Both the position numbers and the translations under genes were made by a program. Shown piece after piece: positions 38,108-47,811 of a DNA stretch of 64,000 nt. Each line of letters opens with the position of its first letter. Position 1 is the first letter of the stretch. The DNA is from Chitinophagaceae bacterium (GTDB taxonomy: Bacteria; Bacteroidota; Bacteroidia; Chitinophagales; Chitinophagaceae). Under the pieces are notes generated by a model. That model ran no database searches and was not told where the DNA came from. It was given only the letters and a program-made list of their open reading frames with translations. The stretch spans positions 689 through 64,688 of the forward strand of contig CANBQT010000009.1 in NCBI GenBank assembly GCA_947371755.1. The letters are read 5' to 3'.

Positions 38108-39181
38108 ATGGAATCAGCAAAGAAAAAACCAGGTGCTATCGTTTTAACAAATGGATACTTGGCAAGACCTGATGCTAAAACAGCTCATGGTTTAATTAGA
38201 GGTACTGAACGATTTAGTATTCTCGCAGTAATTGATCCTGAATTTGCAGGACAGGATGCAGGAACAGTTCTGGATGGCAAACACAGAAATATACCAGTAT
38301 TTGATACCGTTGCAAATGCAATTGCAGAAGTTCACGACATTGAATATTGTATCATTGGTGTAGCAACGGTAGGTGGCGTTTTACCGGATAGTTTCTTACC
38401 CATTCTTGAATTATGCATCCTTAATGGAATTTCTATTGTGAATGGTTTGCACGAATTCTTAAATGATAAACCAGAGATCGTTGCTCTTGCCCAAAGACAT
38501 CAGGTAACCATCACTGATGTAAGAAGACCAAAAGCAAGAAAAGATCTACATTTCTGGACTGGAGATATTTTTAAATTAAAAACGCCAGTTGTTGCAGTGA
38601 TTGGAATGGATTGTGCGATGGGTAAAAGAACTACTTGCAGAATGATCCGCGAAGCTGCCAATCAAAATGGTATCAAAGCAGAAATGATTTATACTGGTCA
38701 AACTGGCTGGTTACAAGGAGGTGAATTTGGATTTGTTTTCGATACTACTGTGAATGATTTTATTTCTGGTGAATTAGAACATGCCATTTTAAGTTGTAAT
38801 GAAGCAAATCAACCAGATATTATATTATTAGAAGGACAATCAGCGCTTAGGAATCCTTCGGGTCCTTGTGGATCTGAGTTACTAATTTCTGGTAATGCAA
38901 AGCACACTGTTTTATTGGTAGCACCCAAAAGAGCGTATTACGAAGATCTTCCGGAATGGGGACCCATTCCAAGTATTGCATCTGAAATTGAATTGATCAG
39001 ACTATTAGGTTCTAAAGTTATTGCACTTGCTATCAATACAGAACACTGCAGTTTGGAAGAAGCGCTAGCATATCAAAAAGAATATCAATTAGCTTATCAA
39101 CTTCCTGTTTTATTACCTATACAACAAGGTGTTGATTCCTTGATCCCTGAATTAAAAAAAATAATTAATAGCAACTCATGA
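38108..39181 (+). CDS. DUF1611 family protein (DgcN-like, putative D-amino-acid N-acetyltransferase)
   Basis: KTAHGL.R, IVNGLH, GMDCAMGKRTT, TGQTG, DFISGELE, LEGQS; start at 38108. Confidence 0.85.
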   Translation: MESAKKKPGAIVLTNGYLARPDAKTAHGLIRGTERFSILAVIDPEFAGQDAGTVLDGKHRNIPVFDTVANAIAEVHDIEYCIIGVATVGGVLPDSFLPILELCILNGISIVNGLHEFLNDKPEIVALAQRHQVTITDVRRPKARKDLHFWTGDIFKLKTPVVAVIGMDCAMGKRTTCRMIREAANQNGIKAEMIYTGQTGWLQGGEFGFVFDTTVNDFISGELEHAILSCNEANQPDIILLEGQSALRNPSGPCGSELLISGNAKHTVLLVAPKRAYYEDLPEWGPIPSIASEIELIRLLGSKVIALAINTEHCSLEEALAYQKEYQLAYQLPVLLPIQQGVDSLIPELKKIINSNS

Positions 39182-40248
39182 AAATAAAATCCGTTCATTC
39201 CTGGTTAAGTCATTTGCCACTTACAAAAGCATACACTATTGCCTATAAAACAATTACTGATACTGAAGTTGTTTTTTTAGAGATAACCTTAGAAAATGGC
39301 ATGTCTGGAATAGGTGCCGCAAACCCTTTTGTAGATGTGGTGGGCGAAACACCGCAACATACGCTTGCAAATTTGCAGTCCGGTTATCTTGATCAAATTA
39401 TAGGAAAAGACATTCGCTTTTTTAATGAAATAATTGATCAGGCTTGCCTGCATTTCCCAAAGCAACCAGGAACCATTGCTGCTATAGATATTGCATTACA
39501 TGATCTATTTGGAAAATCCATGAATATGTCAGTGTTGGATTTTTATGGCACAAAAATCAAGGCATTACCTACTTCTGTAACTATCGGTATCAAAGAGACA
39601 AAAGAAATGTTGATGGATGCTGAAGAATATTTTAAACTTGGATTTAAAATATTAAAAATAAAAACGGGTTTGGATGTAGACGCAGACATCGAAAGAGTGC
39701 GTTCCATCACAGAAAAGTTTTCATCAAAAATGCTAGTCCGAGTTGATGCGAATCAGGGATATTCTTTAGATGATCTAAAAAAATTTATTAGTCATACCGA
39801 AGCTTCTACACTAGAGCTGATAGAGCAACCAGTAAAAACAGGACAAGAATCGATCCTACAATCATTAGATATTGCAGATAGAAAAAAAATAGTGGCAGAT
39901 GAATCATTGCTTGATGCAAGAAGTGCCTGGCAATTTTCTTTGCCACCTCAATCATTTGGTGTGTACAATATCAAACTGATGAAATCTGGTGGTATCAAAG
40001 GAGCCAGAGAAATAGCAACCATTGCAAAAAATGCTGACATTGATCTGTTTTGGGGATGTAATGATGAAAGTATTGTAAGCATTACTGCTGCATTACACGC
40101 CGCTTATTCTTGCAGTAACACAAAGTACCTCGATTTAGATGGAAGTTTTGATCTGGCCAAAGACCTGGTAGAAGGAGGTTTTGAATTAAAAGATGGTTAT
40201 ATGTATCCAAGCAGTTTGCCAGGTTTAGGAATAAAAAAAATAGACTAA
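39178..40248 (+). CDS. Dipeptide epimerase / MLE-subgroup enolase superfamily (AE-epimerase or DgcA-like)
   Basis: KIKTG (KxK), RVDANQG, IEQP, ADES, NIKLMKSGG, DLDG; ATGA overlap with the DUF1611 gene. Confidence 0.9.
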   Translation: MKIKSVHSWLSHLPLTKAYTIAYKTITDTEVVFLEITLENGMSGIGAANPFVDVVGETPQHTLANLQSGYLDQIIGKDIRFFNEIIDQACLHFPKQPGTIAAIDIALHDLFGKSMNMSVLDFYGTKIKALPTSVTIGIKETKEMLMDAEEYFKLGFKILKIKTGLDVDADIERVRSITEKFSSKMLVRVDANQGYSLDDLKKFISHTEASTLELIEQPVKTGQESILQSLDIADRKKIVADESLLDARSAWQFSLPPQSFGVYNIKLMKSGGIKGAREIATIAKNADIDLFWGCNDESIVSITAALHAAYSCSNTKYLDLDGSFDLAKDLVEGGFELKDGYMYPSSLPGLGIKKID

Positions 40249-40270
40249 TCAATTTTAAATCTCATTCATT

Positions 40271-41656
40271 TTGCAAAAACTAACGGCTTCGCTCGGGCTG
40301 CGTTCAGCCATCTTTGTAGTGATCAGTGTAATCTTAGGATCAGGCGTTTTTAAGAAAGTAGCCATGATGGCTGCCACACTGCAATCTCCATTGTTGGTTT
40401 TGCTATGCTGGGTTCTTGCGGGAATCATAAGTTTAGCAGGTGCGCTTTGTACCGCAGAAATGGCTGGGATGTTTCCAAATTCTGGTGGAGAATATTTTTA
40501 TTTTCAAAAAGTCTATAACCGTTTCTTCGCTTATATCTACGGTTGGGCAAATTTTGTGGTATTAAAAACTGCATCTATTGCTGCATTGGCTTATATTTTC
40601 GCACAGTCGTTCAACAGCATTGTTCCACTCCCTGAATTCTCATTCAATCATTCTGCAACAGGAGCAGTATTGATTGAAAATTTATCTGTTAAGTTACTAG
40701 CTTCCTTACTATTGGTGATACTTACTTATATTAATTACAAAGGCATACAATACGCAGAGAAACTAAGTAGAGTGATGACAGTATTAATGTTATCTGCAGC
40801 TGCGGTAATTGTGGTTGCGGGATTTTCTGCACCAATGGGTAAGCTAAGTAATTTAACTACTGAAAGTATTCATGCAGATCATAGCTGGAGTTATTGGCAG
40901 ATCATTAAAGCCATTACCATTGCAAGTTTGGGAGCATTCTGGGGTTATGAAGGATGGAACTGCGTGGGATTGATCGGAGAAGAGATTAAAAACCCTAAAA
41001 GAAACCTACCATTATCATTGGGAATTGGTACACTAATTATCATGTTGGTGTATGTTTTGCTCAATCTGGTGTATCTATACGTATTGCCAATTGATTCTAT
41101 CATTGAAATGAGTAATCATCCCAACCAAATTGCGGCTGTTGAGGTAATGAAAGTAGTTTGGGGTAAGTGGGGTGAATTATTTGTGGCTTTGCTAATTCTT
41201 GTAACCACTTTCAATGCTACAAACAGTACCATACTAACTTCGGCCAGATTATTTTATGCGATGGCAAGGGATAATAATTTTTACAAACCCGCAGCTATCA
41301 TCCACCCAACATTTAAAACACCTTCTGTTGCTTTATTCCTACAGGGCATCTGGTCTGTTCTGTTAATTTGGTCAGGCACTTTTGACCAGCTAACAGATAT
41401 GCTTATTTTTTCAGCCTTTATTTTTTACGGAGCTACAGCATTAGCTGTAATATTAATGCGTAAAAGAATGCCTAATGAGCCAAGGTTTTATAAGGTATTT
41501 GCGTATCCTTTTACACCCGTTTTCTTTATACTTTTCTGTGCACTATTAATTACAGTTACTCTTCAGAATCAACCTAAAGAAGCATTATCCGGATTAGCGC
41601 TAATTGCAACAGGTATACCTTTTTATTTTTTCTGGAAAAGAAAAGAATCTGTTTGA
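40271..41656 (+). CDS. APC family amino acid permease
   Basis: ILGSGVF, AEMAGMFPNSGGEY, FWGYEGW, EEIKNPKRNLP, RLFYAMARD; TTG start. Confidence 0.9.
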   Translation: MQKLTASLGLRSAIFVVISVILGSGVFKKVAMMAATLQSPLLVLLCWVLAGIISLAGALCTAEMAGMFPNSGGEYFYFQKVYNRFFAYIYGWANFVVLKTASIAALAYIFAQSFNSIVPLPEFSFNHSATGAVLIENLSVKLLASLLLVILTYINYKGIQYAEKLSRVMTVLMLSAAAVIVVAGFSAPMGKLSNLTTESIHADHSWSYWQIIKAITIASLGAFWGYEGWNCVGLIGEEIKNPKRNLPLSLGIGTLIIMLVYVLLNLVYLYVLPIDSIIEMSNHPNQIAAVEVMKVVWGKWGELFVALLILVTTFNATNSTILTSARLFYAMARDNNFYKPAAIIHPTFKTPSVALFLQGIWSVLLIWSGTFDQLTDMLIFSAFIFYGATALAVILMRKRMPNEPRFYKVFAYPFTPVFFILFCALLITVTLQNQPKEALSGLALIATGIPFYFFWKRKESV

Positions 41657-41659
41657 TTA

Positions 41660-41923
41660 TTAAAGTGGTTTACTTTCATAATCAGTCAATTCAGAACTTA
41701 CCTCTGGTATATGATCATAGTTACCTTCTAAGGCATACAATCCGAATAAAATAAACCCGATGGCAATTGGGTAAAAAACTGTAATAAATACACCCCATTG
41801 AATTTGTGTATCTAACCCTGGCTTTTTAGCAATTTCACTTCCAGCAGTTTGCAACAAATAATGGATGGCGATTGGGCCCAAAATGATCCAAATGATTCCT
41901 GCATATCTTTTGATAGTATTCAT
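41660..41923 (-). CDS. Small membrane protein (DUF6814-like)
   Basis: Two TM helices, QW.VFI..F.PIA.G...FG.YA. Confidence 0.7.
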   Translation of the reverse strand: MNTIKRYAGIIWIILGPIAIHYLLQTAGSEIAKKPGLDTQIQWGVFITVFYPIAIGFILFGLYALEGNYDHIPEVSSELTDYESKPL

Positions 41924-41946
41924 GTATTTTCTATTAATGATTAATA

Positions 41947-43482
41947 TTAACGATCCACTTCAGGATCAATTCTATTGCTGATATAAATTGCTCCTATAAC
42001 AAAACATATAGTTGCTATAATAATAGGATACATAAGTCCTACAATTTTATTGTCGACATAAATCGTAGTTAGAAGTGTTGCTATAAAAGGCGTTAACCCA
42101 CCAAATACTCCATTACCAATATGGTAAGGTAAAGACATAGAAGTATACCTGATCTTAGTAGGAAATAATTCTACCAGGAATGCAGCGATGGGTCCATATA
42201 CTAATGTAACATACATGATCAGTATAAATACTATGCCCACCATTTTCCAATAGTCATTGCTACCCAAAGTTTTTGAAATAACAACTACTGGTTTTTTAGT
42301 GGTTTTGCCAGCAGCAGCAAATGCAGTGTCGGTTTTAGTCGTAATCATTGTCATCCCATCTGTAAAACTAGCTTTTGTTACTATTTTACGAATGGAGTCG
42401 GTTGCATTAGGAATTGCTTTAAATGTGGTATCCATTTTTGTGTTCGCAACAATCTCAGTTTTTTGTTTTGCATCAGCAATATTAAATAGTGATGTAAAAA
42501 GATAATTATAAGAAATAATAGCAAGGAACATCCCTGATAGCATGATCCATTTTCTTCCAATCTTATCGCTGAGTGAAGCAAATACTACAAAGAAAGGGGT
42601 GGCAAATAAAATGCCCCAAATTAGAATAGTTCTTGACTGATCAAACTCCACCTTACAAACGTTTTCAATAAATGATTGAGCATAGAACTGACCAGTATAC
42701 CAGACCACTCCTTGCCCCATTGTTGCGCCAAATAATGCAAGCAATACCATTTTTAGATTTGCCTTATGACCAAAACTTTCCTTTAGAGGATTTACAGAAG
42801 TTTTGCCTTCAGATTTTAATTTCGAATACATAGGAGATTCAGCCATCTTCATTCTAATATAAATGGATACCCCAACTAGTAAAATAGAAATCCAAAAAGG
42901 AATTCTCCAACCCCACTCATTAAATTTTGCAATGGATTTTGCGGGATCTGCATCTAAAAAGTGGCGGGTCATCAAAATCACTCCTAAAGAAATAAATAAC
43001 CCAAGTGTTGCAGTAGTTTGTATCCAGGAAGTAAAATAACCCCTCCGATGAGCCGGAGAGTGTTCTGCCACGTATGTTGCTGCACCACCATATTCACCAC
43101 CCAATGCTAATCCCTGAATTAAACGAAGGATTAATACCAATATAGGAGCGAGAAAGCCAATACTATCATAATTAGGTATACATCCAATTGCAAAAGTGGA
43201 TCCTCCCATTAATACTAAGGTTAGCAGAAAAGTGTACTTCCGCCCTACCATATCACCAAGTCTACCAAATACTAAAGCTCCAAAAGGACGAACTATAAAT
43301 CCTGCTGCAAATGTTGCTAATGTTGAAAGCAATGCAGCGGTGGGGTTTGTTTTCGGAAAAAATTGATTTGCAATAACTACGGCTAAACTACCGAAGATGT
43401 AAAAATCATACCATTCAATTAAAGTACCCAGAGAAGATGCACCGATCACTTTCCAGATACCCTTTGTTTCATTATTACTCAT
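41947..43482 (-). CDS. MHS-family MFS metabolite:H+ symporter
   Basis: GTLIEWYDFYIFG, RPFGALVFGRLGD.VGRK, QGLALGGEYGGA, LFPT.IRYT. Start MSNNET at 43482. Confidence 0.92.
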   Translation of the reverse strand: MSNNETKGIWKVIGASSLGTLIEWYDFYIFGSLAVVIANQFFPKTNPTAALLSTLATFAAGFIVRPFGALVFGRLGDMVGRKYTFLLTLVLMGGSTFAIGCIPNYDSIGFLAPILVLILRLIQGLALGGEYGGAATYVAEHSPAHRRGYFTSWIQTTATLGLFISLGVILMTRHFLDADPAKSIAKFNEWGWRIPFWISILLVGVSIYIRMKMAESPMYSKLKSEGKTSVNPLKESFGHKANLKMVLLALFGATMGQGVVWYTGQFYAQSFIENVCKVEFDQSRTILIWGILFATPFFVVFASLSDKIGRKWIMLSGMFLAIISYNYLFTSLFNIADAKQKTEIVANTKMDTTFKAIPNATDSIRKIVTKASFTDGMTMITTKTDTAFAAAGKTTKKPVVVISKTLGSNDYWKMVGIVFILIMYVTLVYGPIAAFLVELFPTKIRYTSMSLPYHIGNGVFGGLTPFIATLLTTIYVDNKIVGLMYPIIIATICFVIGAIYISNRIDPEVDR

Positions 43483-43716
43483 TAGGCAAGTTTTGGGTTT
43501 CGAAAAATTAAGATATGAATTTAAAATGAGTTCAACGTTATCATCTGTTTTGAAATATGATGACACTTAAAAAAATATAATTTGATCTAATAATGCTATT
43601 ACAGATTCTTTATCATGATTGAAAAATGCTATTGATATAAATATTAGCAAATATCGTCTGACGAATGCTGAGAAGATTTTTTTCTGCTGTACATTAGAGT
43701 ACTTAAAACGATTGTA

Positions 43717-45654
43717 ATGCACTATCCTTATCAAATCAGCAGTTTTGAACAATATCAAGCTGAATACAAACGTAGTATCGATGACCCTGCAGAATTTTGG
43801 TCGTCAGTTGCAGAAAATTTCACTTGGCGAAAAAAATGGCATACCACACTCAATTGGAATTTTACAGACCCAAAAATTGAATGGTTCAAAGGAGGTAAGT
43901 TAAATATTACAGAGAATTGCCTCGACAGGCACCTCGAAAAATCTGGCGACATGCCTGCCCTCATCTGGGAACCCAACGATCCTGATGAACATCACCGAAT
44001 TATTACTTATAAAAAACTGCATGAGAAAGTTTGCCAGTTTGCACACGTTTTGAATAATAATGGTGTAAAGAAAGGCGATCGTGTTTGTATTTACATGGGG
44101 ATGATTCCTGAGCTTGCCATCGCCGTTCTGGCATGTGCAAGAATAGGGGCCATTCACTCTGTGATTTTTGGAGGATTTTCTGCTCAAAGTATTGCTGATC
44201 GTTTATATGATGCACAGGCTGAATTCATCGTTACTTGTGATGGTGCTTATCGCGGAGCAAAAGATATTCCATTAAAATCTGTGATCGACGATGCACTGAT
44301 TGGAAACAGGACAGTCAAAAAAGTAATCGTAGCCACAAGAACCCGTACCCCCATTTCAATGCTTAAGGGACGCGACCTTTGGTGGGAGGATGAAATTAAA
44401 AAAGTAGAGACACTGGGTTTACACGATTACCCGGCAGTTGAAATGGATGCAGAAGATCCACTATTTATATTATATACCTCTGGTTCAACTGGAAAGCCAA
44501 AAGGCGTGGTACATACTTGTGGTGGTTATATGGTATACACCAACTATACTTTTGTAAACGTATTTCAATATAAAACAGGCGATATCCATTTCTGCACCGC
44601 TGATATTGGATGGATCACTGGTCATAGCTATATTATTTATGGACCTCTTAGCGCTGGTGCAACTTCATTAATGTTTGAAGGCGTTCCTACATTTCCAGAT
44701 GCCGGAAGATTCTGGGATATCATTGATAAATTCAAAGTGAATATTCTATATACCGCACCTACAGCAATTCGTAGTTTGATGGGTTTTGGAATTGGACCAT
44801 TACAAGGTAAAAATCTGAGCTCTCTCAAAGTATTAGGCACAGTTGGCGAACCCATCAATGAAGAAGCATGGCATTGGTATGATGAAAATGTAGGAAAACA
44901 TAGATGCCCCATCGTAGATACCTGGTGGCAAACTGAAACGGGTGGCTGCTTAATTAGTAACATGGCTGGTATAACCCCTGCTGTTCCAAGTTGGGCAACA
45001 CTTCCCATGCCAGGATTACAAATGGTTTTAGTAGATGAAAATGGAAAAGAAATAGTAGCAGAAGGAGATGAAACCATTTCAGGTAACCTTTGCATTAAAG
45101 CACCATGGCCTGGCATCCTCCGCACTACTTATGGCGATCATGAAAGATGTAGAACCAATTATTTCGCCACTTACCCGGGTATGTACTTCACTGGAGATGG
45201 CGCTTTAAAAGATAAAAACGGCTTTTACAGAATTACTGGCCGTGTAGACGATGTATTAAATGTAAGCGGACACAGAATTGGAACGGCAGAACTTGAAAAT
45301 GCTATCAACATGCACTCTGGGGTAGTAGAAAGTGCCGTTGTTGGTTATCCGCACGATATCAAAGGACAAGGTATTTATGCGTACGTGATCTATCAGGGGT
45401 CTCATGGACAGGATACTCATGGAACTGCAGATCTGATCAGAAAAGATATCATTCAAACCATTACAAGAATCATAGGTGCCATTGCAAAACCAGATAAGAT
45501 CCAATTTGTAAGTGGGTTACCAAAAACAAGAAGCGGAAAGATCATGCGTAGAATTTTACGCAAAATAGCAGAAGGCGACCTGGATCATGTGGGTGATATC
45601 TCTACACTTTTAGACCCATCTGTGGTAGAAGAAATTAAAAACGGAAAATTATAA
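43717..45654 (+). CDS. acs: Acetyl-CoA synthetase
   Basis: YTSGSTGKPKG, VDTWWQTETGG, YFTGDG, GRVDD, LPKTRSGKIMRRILRK. Confidence 0.97.
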   Translation: MHYPYQISSFEQYQAEYKRSIDDPAEFWSSVAENFTWRKKWHTTLNWNFTDPKIEWFKGGKLNITENCLDRHLEKSGDMPALIWEPNDPDEHHRIITYKKLHEKVCQFAHVLNNNGVKKGDRVCIYMGMIPELAIAVLACARIGAIHSVIFGGFSAQSIADRLYDAQAEFIVTCDGAYRGAKDIPLKSVIDDALIGNRTVKKVIVATRTRTPISMLKGRDLWWEDEIKKVETLGLHDYPAVEMDAEDPLFILYTSGSTGKPKGVVHTCGGYMVYTNYTFVNVFQYKTGDIHFCTADIGWITGHSYIIYGPLSAGATSLMFEGVPTFPDAGRFWDIIDKFKVNILYTAPTAIRSLMGFGIGPLQGKNLSSLKVLGTVGEPINEEAWHWYDENVGKHRCPIVDTWWQTETGGCLISNMAGITPAVPSWATLPMPGLQMVLVDENGKEIVAEGDETISGNLCIKAPWPGILRTTYGDHERCRTNYFATYPGMYFTGDGALKDKNGFYRITGRVDDVLNVSGHRIGTAELENAINMHSGVVESAVVGYPHDIKGQGIYAYVIYQGSHGQDTHGTADLIRKDIIQTITRIIGAIAKPDKIQFVSGLPKTRSGKIMRRILRKIAEGDLDHVGDISTLLDPSVVEEIKNGKL

Positions 45655-45720
45655 AGTTTCTAACAAAAATATGGTACTGATGATTCTTACATTCATATTA
45701 AACTAACCACAAAAGATTGT

Positions 45721-46221
45721 ATGGTGAAAAAAAGACAAGACTATATTTCCTGGGATGAATATTTTATGGGAGTTGCTTTGCTTTCAGCTAAAAGAAGTAA
45801 GGACCCGAACACACAAGTGGGTGCCTGTATTGTTAATGATAAGAACAGAATTGTTGGAGCAGGATATAATGGACTTCCTGCGGGTTGCCACGACGATACT
45901 TTCCCATGGGCAAAACAAGGCGAGTTCTTAGAAACCAAATACCCCTTTGTTTGTCACGCCGAATTAAATGCCATCCTCAATAATATTGGTATGGATCTGC
46001 ATGGTTGCAGAATTTATACGGCATTATTTCCTTGCAATGAATGCACTAAATCCATCATTCAGTCTGGAATTACTGAAGTAATTTATCTATCAGACAAATA
46101 TGAAGGCACAGATTCAGCCAAAGCTTCCAGATGGATGCTCGAAAGTGCGGGTATTACTTGTAGAAAAGTAAGCACAAATATTAGCAGTCTGGTTCTTTCC
46201 TTTAATGAATCAGATGTATAA
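45721..46221 (+). CDS. dCMP deaminase family protein
   Basis: RSKDPNTQVGACIV, GYNG, VCHAELNAI, LFPCNEC. Confidence 0.93.
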   Translation: MVKKRQDYISWDEYFMGVALLSAKRSKDPNTQVGACIVNDKNRIVGAGYNGLPAGCHDDTFPWAKQGEFLETKYPFVCHAELNAILNNIGMDLHGCRIYTALFPCNECTKSIIQSGITEVIYLSDKYEGTDSAKASRWMLESAGITCRKVSTNISSLVLSFNESDV

Positions 46222-46247
46222 AAAGTAGCAACTAGAAATTTGAATCA

Positions 46248-46559
46248 CTATCTATTGATCAGCAAAATCAAGCCTGTTATGATCATGAAGATCACAGGAA
46301 TCCAATAAGCTGAATTGAATTTAAAATGTTCTTTGTTCAAATGAACAAACAGGTAAACTGGCAAACAAGAGATTGAAATAATCATGGGAAGCCATAATAA
46401 TTGGTATGACTGACCCAAAGTAGGATATCTATAGGCATTAATAAAAGGTCCACTAATCCAATAGGCGCAAATGAGAATACTAATTACCAATACTACCCAG
46501 AAATGACTGGGTTTGGGTTTCTTAACAGTGGCATGTTTATGCGGATGTTTTTTAGTCAT
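46248..46559 (-). CDS. Hypothetical membrane protein (about 3 TM)
   Basis: Basic N-terminus followed by hydrophobic segments. Confidence 0.55.
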   Translation of the reverse strand: MTKKHPHKHATVKKPKPSHFWVVLVISILICAYWISGPFINAYRYPTLGQSYQLLWLPMIISISCLPVYLFVHLNKEHFKFNSAYWIPVIFMIITGLILLINR

Positions 46560-46667
46560 AATCCCTGAATTTTAAAGTAAAATCTGGCAGGTTTGCTGCT
46601 TACTAAATTTACAACATAATCAGCAATACAACTGCAATTAATACAGGCAGGAAATTTACAGGTTTGA

Positions 46668-47201
46668 TTAATTCGACAACTTTAAAGCTCGGATATCTAC
46701 ATTCTCAGTATAGATATAATTAGGGTTATTTGCAGCAATACTTTTGTTAGAAATTTTAGCGAATGATTTCTTGAGTGTCTTAGGATAGTATAATGTAACC
46801 TCTAAATTGAAAACCTTGTTATACAAATAATAAGAAGTATCTAATAGTGTTTGCTGGAATTTAAAAATTGTGGCTTCAGTTGTTTGAAGGGTATCAATCA
46901 AACCTAGCTTATATCTTTTATAAGAAACTCCCTGATTGGTATTAAGACTTACAACCACTGTGTCGTGATAATAATTGGTCAAAGAAAAACTACTGGTATC
47001 ATCCACTGTTCTGTAAGAAACCGAATCGAGTAATGCCTTGATGGTAACCAAACTATCTCCTTTATACATTCCACCTATATCAGTAATTGAAAAAGGAGTA
47101 GGTGGTTTTTCAGGAACAATCACTACCGGCTCATAGGCTTTGATGCATGAGGATAATAGTAAAATCGCAAGGATGGTATAAAACGAAAGCTCTTTTTTCA
47201 T
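46668..47201 (-). CDS. Hypothetical lipoprotein
   Basis: MKKELSFYTILAILLLSSC lipobox; start at 47201. Confidence 0.65.
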   Translation of the reverse strand: MKKELSFYTILAILLLSSCIKAYEPVVIVPEKPPTPFSITDIGGMYKGDSLVTIKALLDSVSYRTVDDTSSFSLTNYYHDTVVVSLNTNQGVSYKRYKLGLIDTLQTTEATIFKFQQTLLDTSYYLYNKVFNLEVTLYYPKTLKKSFAKISNKSIAANNPNYIYTENVDIRALKLSN

Positions 47202-47332
47202 GATCATTAGCTTCTTGCTATCAGCCAATCTCTGGCTTTAGGGGTAGAAAACTGTACGTTAGTAACGTTTTTTTGCTTTATTTATTGGGCTATAAGTGAA
47301 AATTATCAATTGAATCTGAAGTCTGACAGGCA

Positions 47333-47632
47333 TCAGCTATTTACCCGATTGCCAAAACCAATAAGTTCAATGGTTTCTCTATCGTTGAATTTAATCATCG
47401 GGTTTTTAATTAATTGATCCTCAAGTGAATGATATAAAGCATCAATTAATTTTTCAGTGGGTTCATTAATTTCTCTAAAGGAAATACGATTCCTGAAAAT
47501 ACCATCCTGAAATACTTTTTTAAACTCACGGGAATTTGAACGGAATTCCCAATAAGTAATATCACCGTTTAATAGACCTACTACTAACGAATCATTAATT
47601 TCAAATTGAATTAATGTATCCTTGAATTCCAT
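47333..47632 (-). CDS. Hypothetical protein (99 aa)
   Basis: Isolated ORF filling the interval; no family recognised. Confidence 0.5.
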   Translation of the reverse strand: MEFKDTLIQFEINDSLVVGLLNGDITYWEFRSNSREFKKVFQDGIFRNRISFREINEPTEKLIDALYHSLEDQLIKNPMIKFNDRETIELIGFGNRVNS

Positions 47633-47811
47633 CTTTAATTTTTTTTTAAAATTAGTAAGCTTACGGGTTAAATAACTCCGTTAAAACACCGAATTTTTTT
47701 GCGGAAATCACCGCGCATAGTCTATAATTTTCAGTCAAACAACAGGATAAAACAAAATATTGGCTATAATATAATTAGATACTAAATTGGTATCACATTT
47801 AACCCCACTAT

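Noticed and set aside
43567-43758. 63-aa minus-strand ORF between MFS and acs
   Set aside because: Occupies the divergent promoter region, overlaps the acs start and has no motif
45721-46221. dCMP deaminase as an anti-phage dCTP deaminase
   Set aside because: Single small housekeeping-type domain with no fused kinase/P-loop domain and no defence-island context
47660-47720. Two small hairpins upstream of the FIST gene as a riboswitch
   Set aside because: Stems are only 4-5 bp and I recognise no aptamer consensus; would need an Rfam/Infernal search
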